A stretch of 64,000 nucleotides of DNA, taken from Octopus sinensis (taxonomy: Eukaryota). Where the stretch lies: assembly GCF_006345805.1 (NCBI RefSeq), contig NC_043024.1, forward strand, positions 9,238,001 through 9,302,000, given 5' to 3'. The position numbers and the translations under genes are program-made. The notes beneath the pieces are model-generated. The model worked only from the letters and a program-made list of their open reading frames with translations. It did no database searches and was not told where the DNA came from. Below are positions 24,961-38,449 of the stretch, piece after piece; position 1 is the stretch's first letter; every line of letters starts with the position of its first letter.

Positions 24961-25979
24961 TTCCTTCCTCCCAGTTTTAGTTTCACACTACCAAATATGG
25001 TAAAATGAAATCATCATCATCATCATCAGTTTAATGTCCACTTTTCCATGCTTGTGTGAGTGAGACCATATGTATTTATGTGTGTGTGTGTGTGTGTGTG
25101 TGTGTGATTTTGTTCTTGTAATCTATTGACACCATTTCAACCACTACCATCAGCAACAACAACATCAAACAGATGGGTGTGTGTGTGTGCATGTGTGAGT
25201 GTGTGCATGCATGTATGAGCATGCAGGCACACACGTGTGAATGTGTGAGCATTTTCGTGCTTGTGTGAACGTGCACGTGTGAATACGCACATGTATACAT
25301 GTTGGTGAGAAAACAGTAGAAATGTTTATTGATTGAAGTGTGAACAGACAGGAGTCCAGACTGTTGTTACATCAACATCATCATCATTAGCGTTTTAATG
25401 TCCATTTTTCAATGCCTGGCATCGGTTGGAGAGAATTTGTCGAGGCAAATTTTTTACAGCCAGGTGCCTTTCCTGTCACCAACCCTCACACGTTTCCAAG
25501 TAAAATAATACCGTCCCAATTACAGACACATTTCCAAACAAGATTGGAATTGAAATACACTGCTTGTATGACAGTGGCACTCATTTACGACTATCATGTG
25601 ATGTCAAGACAAAGCGACAGAAACACACACACACACACACTATATAATTCTTTAAAAATAATAATTTTGATAGTGACTTTGAAGTTTCGACTTGCTTAGC
25701 CTTCATCTTTGAAAGAAAATGCAGGAAAAATGCTCACGCATTCACACGTGTGTGCATGCATGCTCACACATACATACATACACACACACATTGAAAAGTT
25801 GGCATTAAAACACTAATGATGATGTTGCCTGTGTGTATATATGCATGTGTGTGTGTGTGTACATACATGCACGTATACACACACACACGTGAGTAGATAA
25901 GTATGCATGTATACATATTTATAGAGATAACTGTGCCCATGCATGTGTGTGCATGAGAGAGAAGTGTGAATGTGATGTG

Positions 25980-27653
25980 CAGGGGTTGGACAAAATAATG
26001 GAAACACCTGGCATCATAATTTTCAAATAGCTATAAAACCATCAAAAGCTTGTTTATTTTTCTGCTTTTTGATTTATTAATAGACTAATAGTGTTGCTTA
26101 TTATGTTTTGCTAAAATTGCTGTTTCTTTTCAGATGTCATCAGAAAAAGGTAATTAAAATTCATTAAAAGGACAGATCTATCGGACTTTCAAAGAGGTCA
26201 AATTGTTGGTGCCTGTATGGCAGGTGCTAGCGTAATGAAAACAACTGAAATGTTTGGTGTATCAAGAAGTACCGTCTCGAAGGTAATGACAGCCTTTCAG
26301 AAAGAGGGAAAAATCTCCTCGTCGAAACAAAACTCTGGAAGAAGACCGAAACTTTCAGATAGGAACCATTGAACTCTTACGCGAATTGTTAGAAAGGATC
26401 GCCTTGACTGGCTTCCGTGTCAGTGGCACATAAAAAGCACCATCCGAATCGTGGCCGATGCCAGTGCCGCTTCGACTGGCTTCCGTGCAGGTGGCATGTA
26501 AAATGCACCATCCGAATCGTGGCCGAGGCCAGTGCCGCTTCGACTGGCTTCCGTGCAGGTGGCATGTAAAATGCACCAATCCAACCATGGCCGATGCCAG
26601 CCTCGCCTGGCACCAGTGCAGGTGGCACGTAAAAAGCACCCACTACACTCACGGAGTGGTTGGCGTTAGGAAGGGCATCCAGCTGTAGAAACATTGCCAG
26701 ATAAGACCGGAGCCTGGTGCAGCCTCCTGGCTTCTCAGACCCGGTCGAACCGTCCAATCCATGCTAGCATGGAGAACGAACATTAAACGATGATGATGAT
26801 CATCATCATCACAAAAGTACAGCTCCCAAAATTACAGCAGAGCTTAATGACCACCTCGAGAACCTAGTTTCCATAAAAACTGTTCACCAGGAGCTGTACA
26901 AAGGTGGATTTTATGGGAGGGCTGCAATCAGAGAACCACTACTTTCAAAGACAAATGTTTTTGGTCCTAAGAGCAGTGGAAGAATATTATTTTCTCGGAT
27001 GAGTCATCCCTTACCTTATTTTCGACCATTGGTTGAGTATACATGAGGAGACAGTCAAAAGGAGCATTTGACCCAGACTGTCTTCTTCCAATTGTTAAAC
27101 ATGAAGGAGGATCTCTGATGATCTTGTGGTGATCAGGGTGGTTTATATCTCAGAAATCTGCCGACCCAATGGTTTCCCTTCATGGCAGAATTAATAGTCA
27201 AGACTATTTATACATTTAATCTGATCAAATTCATCCTATGGTTGCGGAACTGTTTCTGGAGGGAAATGTAATCTTTCAGGATGATAACGCACCAATTCAC
27301 ACAGCTAAATTTGTCACTGAATGGCATGAAGAACATTCTAGTCAAGTTGAACATCTTACCTGGCTACCACAGTCCCCAGATCTCAATATCACTGAACATT
27401 TATTATTGAACGTTTATGGTGCATTTTAGAAAAGCAAGTAAGGAGTTGATATCCTCCATCATCATCACTACAGGAACTGGAGACTGTTTTAGCTGAAGAA
27501 TGGACAAAAATTCCTTTGGAAACAATTCAAACTTTGTACAAGTCCATACCTCATAGAATTCAAGCTGTAACTACTGCCAAAGGTGGCTCTATTCCATATT
27601 CAAATAAATTGATTGAAATTTTAAGGGGTTTCCATTATTTTGTCCAACCCCTG
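25980..27653 (+). mobile_element. Tc1-like DNA transposon (DD36E spacing), decayed, with a family D insertion at 26401-26810
   Basis: Perfect 26-bp TIRs CAGGGGTTGGACAAAATAATGGAAAC (25980-26005 and 27628-27653), TA on the right, TG on the left. Confidence 0.92.
26169..27600 (+). pseudogene. Tc1 transposase pseudogene
   Basis: DLSDFQRGQIVG...SGRRPKL (paired-like HTH and GRPR-like motif), FSDES at ~26992, QDDNAPIH...SPDLNITE; stops, frameshifts and an insertion. Confidence 0.88.
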
Positions 27654-27752
27654 TATATGTGTGTGTGCGTGTATGTATATATATGTGTGGTGTGTGTGTG
27701 TGTATGTATGTATATATATGTATGTGTATGAATATATATATGTATGTGTATG

Positions 27753-27783
<31 letters not shown>

Positions 27784-28087
27784 GTGTATATATATATAGG
27801 CACTCCTGTGCCTAACCCTGTTTCTCTTCACTGTATAACAACAACAACAACAACAACGATAATAATAATCCTTTCTACTATAAGCACAAGGCCTAAAATT
27901 TGGTGGGAGGGGACTAGTTGATTACATAAACCCCAGTATTTCACTGGTACTTAATTTCATTGACCCCGAAATGGATGAAGGGTAAAAGTGAACCTCAGTG
28001 GAATTTGAACTCGGAATGTGGAAAACAAAAAGGAAATGCCACAAAGCATTTTGTCTGGCATGTTAATGATTCTGACAGCTTACCATC

Positions 28088-28128
<41 letters not shown>

Positions 28129-28129
<1 letters not shown>

Positions 28130-28683
28130 GCCCTGATGCAGTCCCAGGCAGTGGCTCTCATGGCTTCTGATCTTAACTGATTGGAAGTGTTATCATGTAC
28201 ATTGTTTTCTCTTGGTATAAAAGATGGGCTACAGCAAATATTCTGCTCAATACCACAGATTTGCTTGTCAGTTGTTTGGCCTTAACCAGTTGAGCATGTC
28301 CCTTGGTGGCTGACGATATGTGCATCTCTGATCACGAGCAGAAGTAGTGGGGGAGTATCATAGCCATGTGTTCAGATGGATTCTTTGGGGTTTGAATAGT
28401 TCACCTCTGGAAACATGGGTGTTTCGTTCAACATGCTTAAACAACCCTTATTCAGGGACCGTTTGAGCGGGATGGGCTACCCAACCTGAAGAAAATTCTA
28501 ACTGGGCCCCACCTGCAAGGTCATGTGCTGTTTATCTTGATATGAGATCACCATGTCGCGCACATATGGTTGTGATGCATGTGCCTGGTGTACCTTTATC
28601 AGACGGGTAGTCATGATGGGTATATTGGGCTTCGTATATTTTACCCCAGTGTCACTTTGATGGCATGAACTGCTCTCTCACTC
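28129..28683 (+). mobile_element. ~555-bp non-coding element embedded in (AAT)n
   Basis: Near-identical 5'-shorter copy at 52887-53364 with the same 3' end CTCTCTCACTC followed by (AAT)n. Confidence 0.75.
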
Positions 28684-28697
28684 AATAATAATAATAA

Positions 28698-28731
<34 letters not shown>

Positions 28732-28761
28732 AGTAATAATAATAATAATATAATAATACTA

Positions 28762-28801
<40 letters not shown>

Positions 28802-29059
28802 AAATACTACTACTACCACCACCACCACTACCACTACTACTACTACTACTAATAATAATAATTTGGAAAACAGAGCCACAATAAAAAAAAAAACAATAAA
28901 AAAAAACTGGGTTCTGTTAAGTATTTTTCCTTAACCAGATTCTTAATCTCCCAACAAAGATAGAAGATTCTACAACGGGGTACTTAGGGTTAGGAAGGAG
29001 GTGGAAGTGGGGTAGGGGTGGGGGTGATGAGGCTGAAAACAGTGAAGAGAAACAGGGGT

Positions 29060-29159
29060 AGACAGGAGAGAGAGAGAGAGAGATAGACAGAAAAAGACAG
29101 ACCTACAGATAGACAGAGAGGGAGATGTGAGAGGTGGGACAGGATGATAGACAGAGAAA

Positions 29160-29192
<33 letters not shown>

Positions 29193-30000
29193 CTGCTAGA
29201 CAGGTGAGAGAGATAGACAACCTGATACACAGGTGACAGAAAGAAAGAGAGACTGACAGACAGGTGACAAAGGAAAGAGGGAGGGAGAGAGAGAGAGAGG
29301 GGGAGAGGGGGATGTGAGACAGGCTGATAGACAGAGAAGAGAGAGAAAGAGAGAGAGAAAGAAAGAGAGGGAGGGAGGGAGAGGGGGAGATGTGAGAGGT
29401 GAGACAGGCTGATAGACAGAGAAAAGAGAGAGAGAGGGAGAGAGAGAAATGGAGAGAGAAAGAGAGGGAGAAAGAGAGTGAGAGAGAGGGAAAGAGAGAG
29501 GGAGAGGGAGAGAGAGAGGGAGAGGGAGAGAGAGAGGGGGGATGTGAGACAGGCTGATAGATAGAGAAAAGAGAGAGAGAGGGGAGAGGGGGATGTGAGA
29601 CAGGCTGATAGACAGAGAAGAGAGAGAAAGAGAGAGAGAAGAAAGAGAGGGAGGGAGGAGAGGGGGAGATGTGAGAGGTGAGACAGGCTGATAGACAGAG
29701 AAAAGAGAGAGAGAGGGAGAGAGAGAAATGGAGAGAGAAAGAGAGGGAGAAAGAGAGGGAGAGAGAGAGGGAGAGGGAGAGAGAGAGGGGGGATGTGAGA
29801 CAGGCTGATAGATAGAGAAAAGAGAGAGAGAGGGGGAGAGGGAGAGACAGATAGACAGGTGAGAGAGACAGACAGACAGATAGTCAAAAGAGAGACAACC
29901 TGACACACAGGTGACAGAGAGAGAGAGAGAGAGAAAGAGAGAGAAAAGAGAGAGAGACTGACAGACAGGTGACAGAGAGACAGACGCAGAGCAGACAGAC
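29060..30000. repeat. GA-rich compound minisatellite with larger internal duplications
   Basis: Recurrent GGGGATGTGAGACAGGCTGATAGA(C/T)AGAGAA blocks separated by (GA)n. Confidence 0.9.
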
Positions 30001-30566
30001 AGACATAATGATATTAGAAGACAGAAGAATGCAAAAAAGACTGGAAGAAAGAATGAAGGATGGAGATGCAACAGTTAATTGTGATGGTACTGACGTGAAT
30101 TTCCCAAAATGAAAACATCAATATGAAAGAATTTGTTTGTCTTGTTGATAATTAATATCAGAAAGGAAACGAGACTGCAGAATCAGAACTGCCATGATGG
30201 GGGGAAGGGGTGAGAGGAAGAGAGAGAGAAGGAGAGAGAGAGAGAGAGAGGGAGAGAAAATGGTTTGGAAGCGTTAAGCACATTCTCCGGAGAAATGGAG
30301 AAGAAGAAGAATGAAATGAGCCAAAAAAGAGAACAACAGGCGAACAGGCATGTGGCTGAACCTAACGGAACATCGCCCTCCCTCCCCGTTTTTTTGGGGT
30401 TTTTTTCCATTATTCCTTCCTTCCTTCCTTCCTTCATCTCTCCCCTCCATCCCCCACCACCAAATTCTTCATCCAAAGCGACGATGACGAAATGAAGAGT
30501 CGAAGAATTACCGAACAGAACGGTGGAATTTCAGAAATACATACAAACATAAATACATACATACAC

Positions 30567-30617
<51 letters not shown>

Positions 30618-30787
30618 TAAATAAAACATATGCATATATATATATATACATATATGTACGTACCTACCTCTACATGTATATATACACGCATATATGAGTA
30701 CAGGACACCCAAAAAAACGTCGAACACAATGAGAAACGAAAACATAGACACAAACCCAAGGAACTGGACATTTTTCTTAAACAACAA

Positions 30788-31008
30788 AAAAAATAGAATA
30801 TATATACTTTATTTAAAGCAGCAGAAAATTCAACAAAACCTGTTACTCTGAGTAACAGCAAAAACTGTCCGACGAACGGGAACGTGGAACTCAGAGTAAC
30901 AGGTTTTGTTGAATTTTCTGCTGCTTTAAATAAAGCATATTACTCTACCACTGGTATTTGAGTACTCTTTTTTCCACCTTGTTTCACATTTATGTGTTTA
31001 CTCCGGTA
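30788..31008 (+). mobile_element. Penelope-like terminal-repeat remnant (same family as 21703-21928) with hammerhead-like motif 30865-30902
   Basis: ctgt-CCGACGA-acgggaacgt-GGAA-ctcagag-TA-acag preceded by an inverted partial copy. Confidence 0.55.
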
Positions 31009-31034
31009 TATATATATATATATATATATATATA

Positions 31035-31238
31035 CAAAATTTAGAGGAATGACCACTAATAGTGGACAGCCTGTATGCTAGAAATAGATGTCAAACTCGC
31101 CATTTACCACGAAGAATGTGTTCTGAAAAAAAATTCAACAAAATTTTGAGAACACATTCTTCGTGGTAAATGGTGAGTTTGACGTCTATTTCTAGCATAC
31201 AGGCTGTCCACTATTAGTGGTCATTCCTCTAAATTTTG
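31035..31238. repeat. Near-perfect inverted repeat, 90-bp arms, 24-bp spacer
   Basis: 31035-31124 is the reverse complement of 31149-31238 with few transitions; related diverged sequence at about 38625-38790. Confidence 0.85.
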
Positions 31239-31396
31239 CATGTATAAAATTTTTAATCTTCGGATTTAAAAAAAAAATATGCTAGGTAACTGGTTTTAAT
31301 TGATTAATATCAATTTCTACCCTTATTTAATTTTATATATATATAAATGGCGGTGCCCCAGCATGGCCACAGCTCATGAGCTGAAACTGGAAAAAT

Positions 31397-31434
<38 letters not shown>

Positions 31435-31834
31435 TATATATATATTTGTATGTGTGTGTGTGTGTGTAAATATGTATGTATATGTATGTATGTATTGTGT
31501 GTATGTAGAATGACAATAATAATAATAATAATAATAACGATGATAGCATTGATGATGATAATTTCTTTTCTTTGCCACTTGGGCAACAATTGAAAGGGGG
31601 AACAATTAGACGATTAGTTCCTACATAGATACAAGGCATGAAAATTTGGAGGGGAAGTCTTTGGTGAAAACTCCCGACCCCATCTCCTACCCGTAGCACT
31701 CTCTGCTGCGGAACCCCAGGAAAGGTCGAAAGACCAGAGCGGAGAACGTTGGAGAGGAACAACAACAAAGAAAGAAGCACAATGCAATTTTGACCAATTC
31801 CGTACCACCAATGCAGCCGTCCACCAATCACTGA

Positions 31835-32241
31835 CGATGATGACGATAATAATAATAATAATAATGATGATGATAATAATAATATATAATAATAATAATA
31901 TAATAATAATAATAATATAATAATATTAATAATAATAATATGATGATGATAATAATAATAATATATATAATAATATAATAATAATAATAATATATAATAT
32001 TAATATATAATAATGATAATAATAATAATAATAATAATAATAATATAATAATAATAATAATAATAATAATATAATAATAATAATAATTAAAAATAATAAT
32101 GATATAACAATAATAATATAATAATAATAATAATGATAATAATATAATAATAATGATAATATAATATATAATAATATAATAATGATAATAATGATAATAA
32201 TAATAACATAATAATAATGATAATATAATAATAATAATAAC

Positions 32242-32273
<32 letters not shown>

Positions 32274-32313
32274 TAATAATAATAATAGTAATAATATAAT
32301 AATGATAATAATA

Positions 32314-32344
<31 letters not shown>

Positions 32345-32385
32345 TATAATAATAATAATGATAATAATAATGATAATAATGATAA
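31835..32385. repeat. (AAT)n microsatellite, degenerate
   Basis: Direct reading. Confidence 0.95.
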
Positions 32386-33059
32386 AGCAGTAACATTTCG
32401 TTTATCCAGAGTAAAATATCTCATTGAATGGTGATGTGAAGTGAGGTGGTGAGCTAAAGGAAGAACATTTTACCCTCCACTAATATCAGCTCTGTCCATA
32501 AGGAAGTGTTTCTTTATCTTTCTCTCTCTCTTTGTGTGAGAGAGAGAGAGAGAAGGAGAGAGAGAGAGAGAAGGGGAGAGAGAGAGGGAGTGTGGAGAAT
32601 GCAGCCAGGTTCTGCAATGCTGGTCCGTGGTCGTGGCAGAAGACGGTCTGAAAGGCAAATCGTCAGGTCGGAAGGTTTGAACTACGAGGAGAAAAAAGCA
32701 AAAACGAAGGAAGGAAGAAAGGACCAATTACTGAAAGAGAAAGAGAGAGAGGGGAGGAGGGGGGAGAGAGACGAATGGGTATGGGTGTGTGTGCAATGAC
32801 AAATGTCGCAGATTGATGACGAAGATGACAGCAGTGGTGGTGCTGGTGGTGGTGAGGGTTGTGGTGGTGTTGTTGAAAGGATGCTGAGAATGGAACAAAA
32901 AAAAAGAATCTAAAAAAAAATATTTTTTAAAAATAAGCTGCAACGGTCTCCTCTTCTTCCTCCTCCTCACCACCGCCACCGCTTTCATGTACAAAGGTGA
33001 AATATCAAAATAAATAAATAAATAATTTACCGCACACAAGAAGCAAATATGGTAATACA

Positions 33060-33114
<55 letters not shown>

Positions 33115-33179
33115 TGAGCATTATATTAATATACATACACACAGAAATATACATACATACGTATATATATATATATGCT

Positions 33180-33356
33180 TTATTTTAAGCAGCAAAAAAT
33201 TCAACAAAACCTGTTACTCTGAGTTTCACGTTCCCGTTACTCAGAGTAACAGGTTTTGTTGAATTTTCTGCTGCTTTAAATAAAGCATATTACTCTACCA
33301 CCGGTATTTGAGTACTCTTTTTTCCACCTTGTTTCACATTTATGTGTTTACTCCGG

Positions 33357-33358
<2 letters not shown>
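33180..33358 (+). mobile_element. Third copy of the 21703/30788 Penelope-like family, head-to-head rearranged
   Basis: Inverted junction CTGTTACTCTGAGTTTCACGTTCCCGT|TACTCAGAGTAACAGG; retains GAAAC on the minus arm. Confidence 0.55.
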
Positions 33359-33389
<31 letters not shown>

Positions 33390-33442
33390 ATGAACCTTAC
33401 ATAAATATACATACACAAATATACATATATACATGCACACCA

Positions 33443-33486
<44 letters not shown>

Positions 33487-33541
33487 GAACCTTGCATTAA
33501 TATACATATACACAGAAATATACATACATACATGCACACCA

Positions 33542-33576
<35 letters not shown>

Positions 33577-33653
33577 CAAGAACCTTACATTAATATACAT
33601 ACATACAGAAATATACATACATAATGCACACCAATATATATATATATATATTA

Positions 33654-33696
<43 letters not shown>

Positions 33697-33983
33697 CATG
33701 AACCTTACATTAATATACATACACACAGAAATATACTACATAACAACATGCACACCAATATATATTTATATATATGTGCATGAACCTTACAGTAATATAC
33801 ATACATACACAAATAATATATATATATATATATATACATGCACACCAATATATATATATGCATGTGTGTATATTATTTAAGTATTATACGGATGCAAAAA
33901 TCACATCATCATCATCATTATCATCAGCATCACCGCTAACATTGTTGTTGTCTAGCAAACAGGAGGGGATGCGTGTATAAGAA

Positions 33984-34015
<32 letters not shown>

Positions 34016-34695
34016 GTGGATGCTAATGGATGTGCATGTCTGTCAGACAACTGTTGCAACTGATTGAACGATGCGTGTGCATGCCAGTGCATATGCGTGT
34101 GCATTCATGAATGCATGCATAAACCGAAGCAAAGACGACCACCACCACCACCACCACCACAACCACAACACCACCACCACCACCACCACCACCACCACCA
34201 CCACCACCACCACCACCCCACCACCACAACAACCACAACCACCACCACCACCACCACCACCACCACCACCACCACCACCACCACACACCACACCCTCTCA
34301 CGCTAACCGATGTGAATATGTAACGAAATTAACGAAGCCAGACCCATTAGATTTGTTTTAATCTAATTCTTCTTCTTCTTTTTTTTTTTTTTTTTTTTTA
34401 ATTATTATAATTTGGAATTTTAGAGAATTAATTTTTTGTGTTTTTGTTTTGTTAGGTTTTGATTTTTGAAATGCGAGATATCTTCTGGCATCTTTCCCAG
34501 TCCTTCGGTATTCATTTAAAATATGAATGTTGCATAGAGAAGCAGAATTATGTACGGGTATCTATATATATATCTTTGTAGATATATTGTGTATATATAT
34601 ATATATCTTGTAGGTATGTGTGTGTGTGTGGTGTTATATATATATTGATATATATATATAAAAAACGTTGAGTTGTGGGGTATCGCACGAGTGGG

Positions 34696-35646
34696 ATATA
34701 TAAGAAAAAAGGTTTGAAAATGCAATTTAAACGATTGTTTATTTACTTAACCGGTTTCACTCTTTGGTAAAAGATTGTCAAAAGTTACATTTAAGGAAAC
34801 ATTGATAATATGGGTTCAAAAAAAGTTTTTTACATAATTGTCACATTGAGTATATGCATTCAAAAAGGTTTTTACATAATTGTCACATTGAGTATTATGA
34901 CATTCAAAAAGGTTTTTAATAATTTCACATTGGATATTATGAATTCAAAAATGTTTTTTTATACATAATTGTCACATTACATGTATAGATATAGTGTTTG
35001 GTACAGAGAAGTTCAATGTGTGTGATGAGAATGTTTGCAACTGATTGAACGATGCGTGTGCATGCCAGTGCATATGCGTGTGCATTCAGGAATGCATGCA
35101 TAAACCGAAGCAAAGAGGACCACCACCACCACCACCACGACCACGACCACGACCACGACCACCACCACCACCACCACAACCACCACCACCACCACCACCA
35201 CCACCACCATGACCACCACCACCACCACCACCACCACCACCACCACCACCATGACCACCACCACCACCACCACCACCACAACCACCACCACCACCACTAC
35301 CACCACCACAACCACCACACTATTGAACTTCTCTGTTACCAAACACTATATCTATACATGTATGTGACAATTATGTATAAAAAAACATTTTTGAATTCAT
35401 AATATCCAATGTGACAATTATGTAAAAACCTTTTTGAATGCATAATACTCAATGTGACAATTATGTAAAAACCTTTTTGACTGCATAATACTCAATGTGA
35501 CAATTATGTAAAAAACTTTTTTGAACCCCTATTATTCAATGTTCTTTAAATGTAACTTTTGACAATCTTTTACCAAAAGAGTGTGAAAACCGGTTAAGTA
35601 AATAAACATTTTTAAATTGCATTTTCAAACCTTTTTTCTTATATAT
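34696..35646. repeat. Large inverted repeat (~320-bp arms containing 43-bp subrepeats) around a (CAC)n spacer
   Basis: 34696-35017 is the reverse complement of 35322-35646 with mostly indel differences; AATGTGACAATTATG recurs at 35408, 35451, 35494. Confidence 0.8.
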
Positions 35647-35741
35647 TATATATATAATGGCGGTGCCCCAGCATGGCCACAGCTCATTAGCTGAAACTGG
35701 AAAAATCAAAATCAATATATATATATATATATTTTTGTAGA

Positions 35742-35777
<36 letters not shown>

Positions 35778-35925
35778 ACGGGAAGCTTTATGAAAATAAA
35801 CAAAAGACGAAGGCAGGTGGAAAACAAACAAACAATTGTATTAGTATGGCGCTCAGGAAATATAAATAAAACAAGTCTTTAACGTTTCGAGCCTACGCTC
35901 TTCAACAGAAAGATACACAGAGATA
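35778..35925 (-). mobile_element. Penelope-like repeat remnant with variant hammerhead (35876-35913)
   Basis: Minus: tcttt-CTGTTGAA-gagc(gtag)gctc-GAAAC-GTT-aaaga; same family on plus strand at 50425-50600. Confidence 0.55.
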
Positions 35926-35973
35926 TATATATACATATATATATATATATATTTTTGTAGATATATGTGTGTG

Positions 35974-36004
<31 letters not shown>

Positions 36005-36007
<3 letters not shown>

Positions 36008-36635
36008 CTCTTATTCTTTTACTTGTTTCAGTCATTTGACTGCGGCCATGCTGGAGCACTGCCTTTAGTCGAGGAAATCTTTGTAAGCCTAGTACTTATT
36101 CTATCGGTCTCTGTTGCTGAACCGCTAAGTTACGGGGGACGTAAACACACCACCATCGGTTGTCAAGCGATGTTGGGGGGACAAACACAGACACACAAAC
36201 ACATATATATATACATATATATAACACACACATACATATATATATATATATACTCTTTTACTTGTTTCAGTCATTTGACTGTGGCCATGCTGGAGCACTG
36301 CCTTTAGTCGAGGAAATCAAACCCCAGGACTTATTCTTTGTAAACCTAGTACTTATTCTATCGGTCTCTTTTGCTGAACCGCTAAGTTATGGGGGACGTA
36401 AACACACCAGCATTGGTTGTCAAGAAATGTTGGGAGGACAAACACAAACACACACACATATATACATATATACGACAGGCTTCTTTCAGTTTCCGTCTAC
36501 CAAATCCACTCACAAGGCTTTAGTTGGCCCGAGGCTATAATAGAAGACACTTGCTCAAGGTGCCACGCAGTGGGACTGAACCCGGAACCATGTGGTTGGT
36601 AAGCAAGCTACTTACCACACAGCCACTACTGCGCC
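36005..36635 (-). mobile_element. Family C SINE with duplicated 3' half
   Basis: CTTTTACTTGTTTCAGTCATTTGACTG starts near 36016 and 36255; head ends near 36630. Confidence 0.8.
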
Positions 36636-37134
36636 TATACATACATATATATATACTTTGTATGTATGTATGTATGTGTATATATATATATATATTTACA
36701 CACACATGTATATACACATGCACACACATTTATAAACAGATAGTGGATAAGAGTACTTGTTAGCATTTTGCATCGAATATCTCCCAGTATTTGCTCCAAC
36801 CCCCTGTGCACAAAGTTCAAACCATACCAATGTTGCTTTTCATCCATCCAAGGGGGTCAATAAAAACGAACCAGTTAAGGCTGTCAGATTGTCAAAACTG
36901 TTAGAGCATCCAGGTGAGATGCCTTGTGGTAGCTCTGTCGGGATCATTGTGTTCTCATGGCAATACCTTTGACAACAGCACTGTCAAGCTGTATCAACCC
37001 AAAAGGAATAACCTTCCTCTTGGCAAAACATGTTGCCATGGAAACAGGAAACTTACGTGCATGGTCAACTGTCGGATCATCATCATCATCATCATCATCA
37101 TCATTAAAGTACATTGTCCATGCTGTATGTTTGG

Positions 37135-37560
37135 GATGTCCGATGTAGCCCGATCATGGTCTTTGGAGAGCTTGCTAGGGGCACTATGTCTGCGGGAAGA
37201 CAGATCTTACAATCCAAGGATGTTTGCAAAAGGGACATGAAGGCCTGAGACATCAATATTAGCAACTGGGAAGCAGTTGCCAGCAACCGTGGAGATTGGT
37301 GACGTACCATAAAAGAGGGGACACAAAGGAGTGACATAGAGGGAGGGGAGAAATGGAAAGACAAGAAAAGACGTCAATAAGAAACTACGACACTACAACC
37401 AGCCAGGAATAGTCTTCGCTACATTTGCAGTACCTGCCAGAGGGAGCGTTCGTCCAGGATAGGACTACACAGCCACAGCAGGAGATGTATTTAGACAGGA
37501 AATGTAAAAGCCAGACTAGATTATTTTATGCGTAACTCCATGGTTAGCATGGTGAAGGGC
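37135..37560 (+). pseudogene. RTE/BovB-like LINE 3' fragment
   Basis: Translates to VFGELARG...KDVCKRDMK...WEAVASNRGDW...CSTCQRERSSRIGLHSHSRRC, RTE C-terminal zinc-finger-like region; internal stops. Confidence 0.75.
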
Positions 37561-37756
37561 TGTACCACATTCCAGTCTGATTTGGCATGGTTTGTATGGC
37601 TGGATGCCCTTCCTAATGATAACCACTCCGAGAGTGTAATGGGTGCTTTGATGTGCCAGTTGTGTGGCCCCAGTATCTCCCATCACTATGATTTCTCTTG
37701 GCTTCATGGGTCTTCTACTCAAGCACAGCATATTGCTAATGGTCTTGACCACTTGT

Positions 37757-38285
37757 CATTCAGCTAGTGTTAGGAACATAAATTGTGACTAAGGTTTGGT
37801 GGAAGATTTGAATTCAAAACCTATGAAAACAAGACATTTGTACTACAGAGCCAGAGCCGGTTTCAGTCGGGTTGGTATCAAAAAGGTTAAATTAATCATT
37901 TGTTAACCCTTTCGTTACTGTATTTCTGTGAGATGCTCTGTGTTTCTTTCAATTAATTTTAATATAACAAGAATTTAGTAATAAAAAACTTAGTTATCAT
38001 TCAGCTAGTGTTAGGAACATAAATTGTGGCTAAGGTTTGGTGGAAGATTTTAATTCAGAACTTTTGAAAACAAGACATTTGTACTACAGAGCCAGAGGCT
38101 GTTTCAGTCAGGCTGGTATCAAAAGGGTTAAATATAACAAAGAATTTAGTAAAATAACTTAGTTATCATTAAGCTAGTGTTAGGAACATAAATTGTGGAA
38201 GATTTTAATTCAAAACTTATGAAAACAAGACGTTTGTGCTACAGAGCCAGAGGCAGTTTCAGTCGGTTTGGTATCAAAAGGGTTA
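37757..38285. mobile_element. piggyBac-like MITE (full copy 37907-38127, TTAA flanks) with two flanking partial copies
   Basis: TTAA|CCCTTT...AAAAGGG|TTAA; internal GCTAGTGTTAGGAACATAAATTGTG occurs three times. Confidence 0.65.
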
Positions 38286-38349
38286 AGTATGGCATACTGT
38301 CAAAGGTTCCAGTCACTGGTCATTGCCTCCATGAGGCCCAATGTTCTGA

Positions 38350-38449
38350 NNNNNNNNNNNNNNNNNNNNNNNNNNNNNNNNNNNNNNNNNNNNNNNNNNN
38401 NNNNNNNNNNNNNNNNNNNNNNNNNNNNNNNNNNNNNNNNNNNNNNNNN
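38350..38449. other. Assembly gap (100 N)
   Basis: Direct reading. Confidence 1.

Noticed and set aside
28970-30071. Long Leu/Ser-rich ORFs (312 and 291 aa)
   Set aside because: Reverse translation of the GA-rich minisatellite
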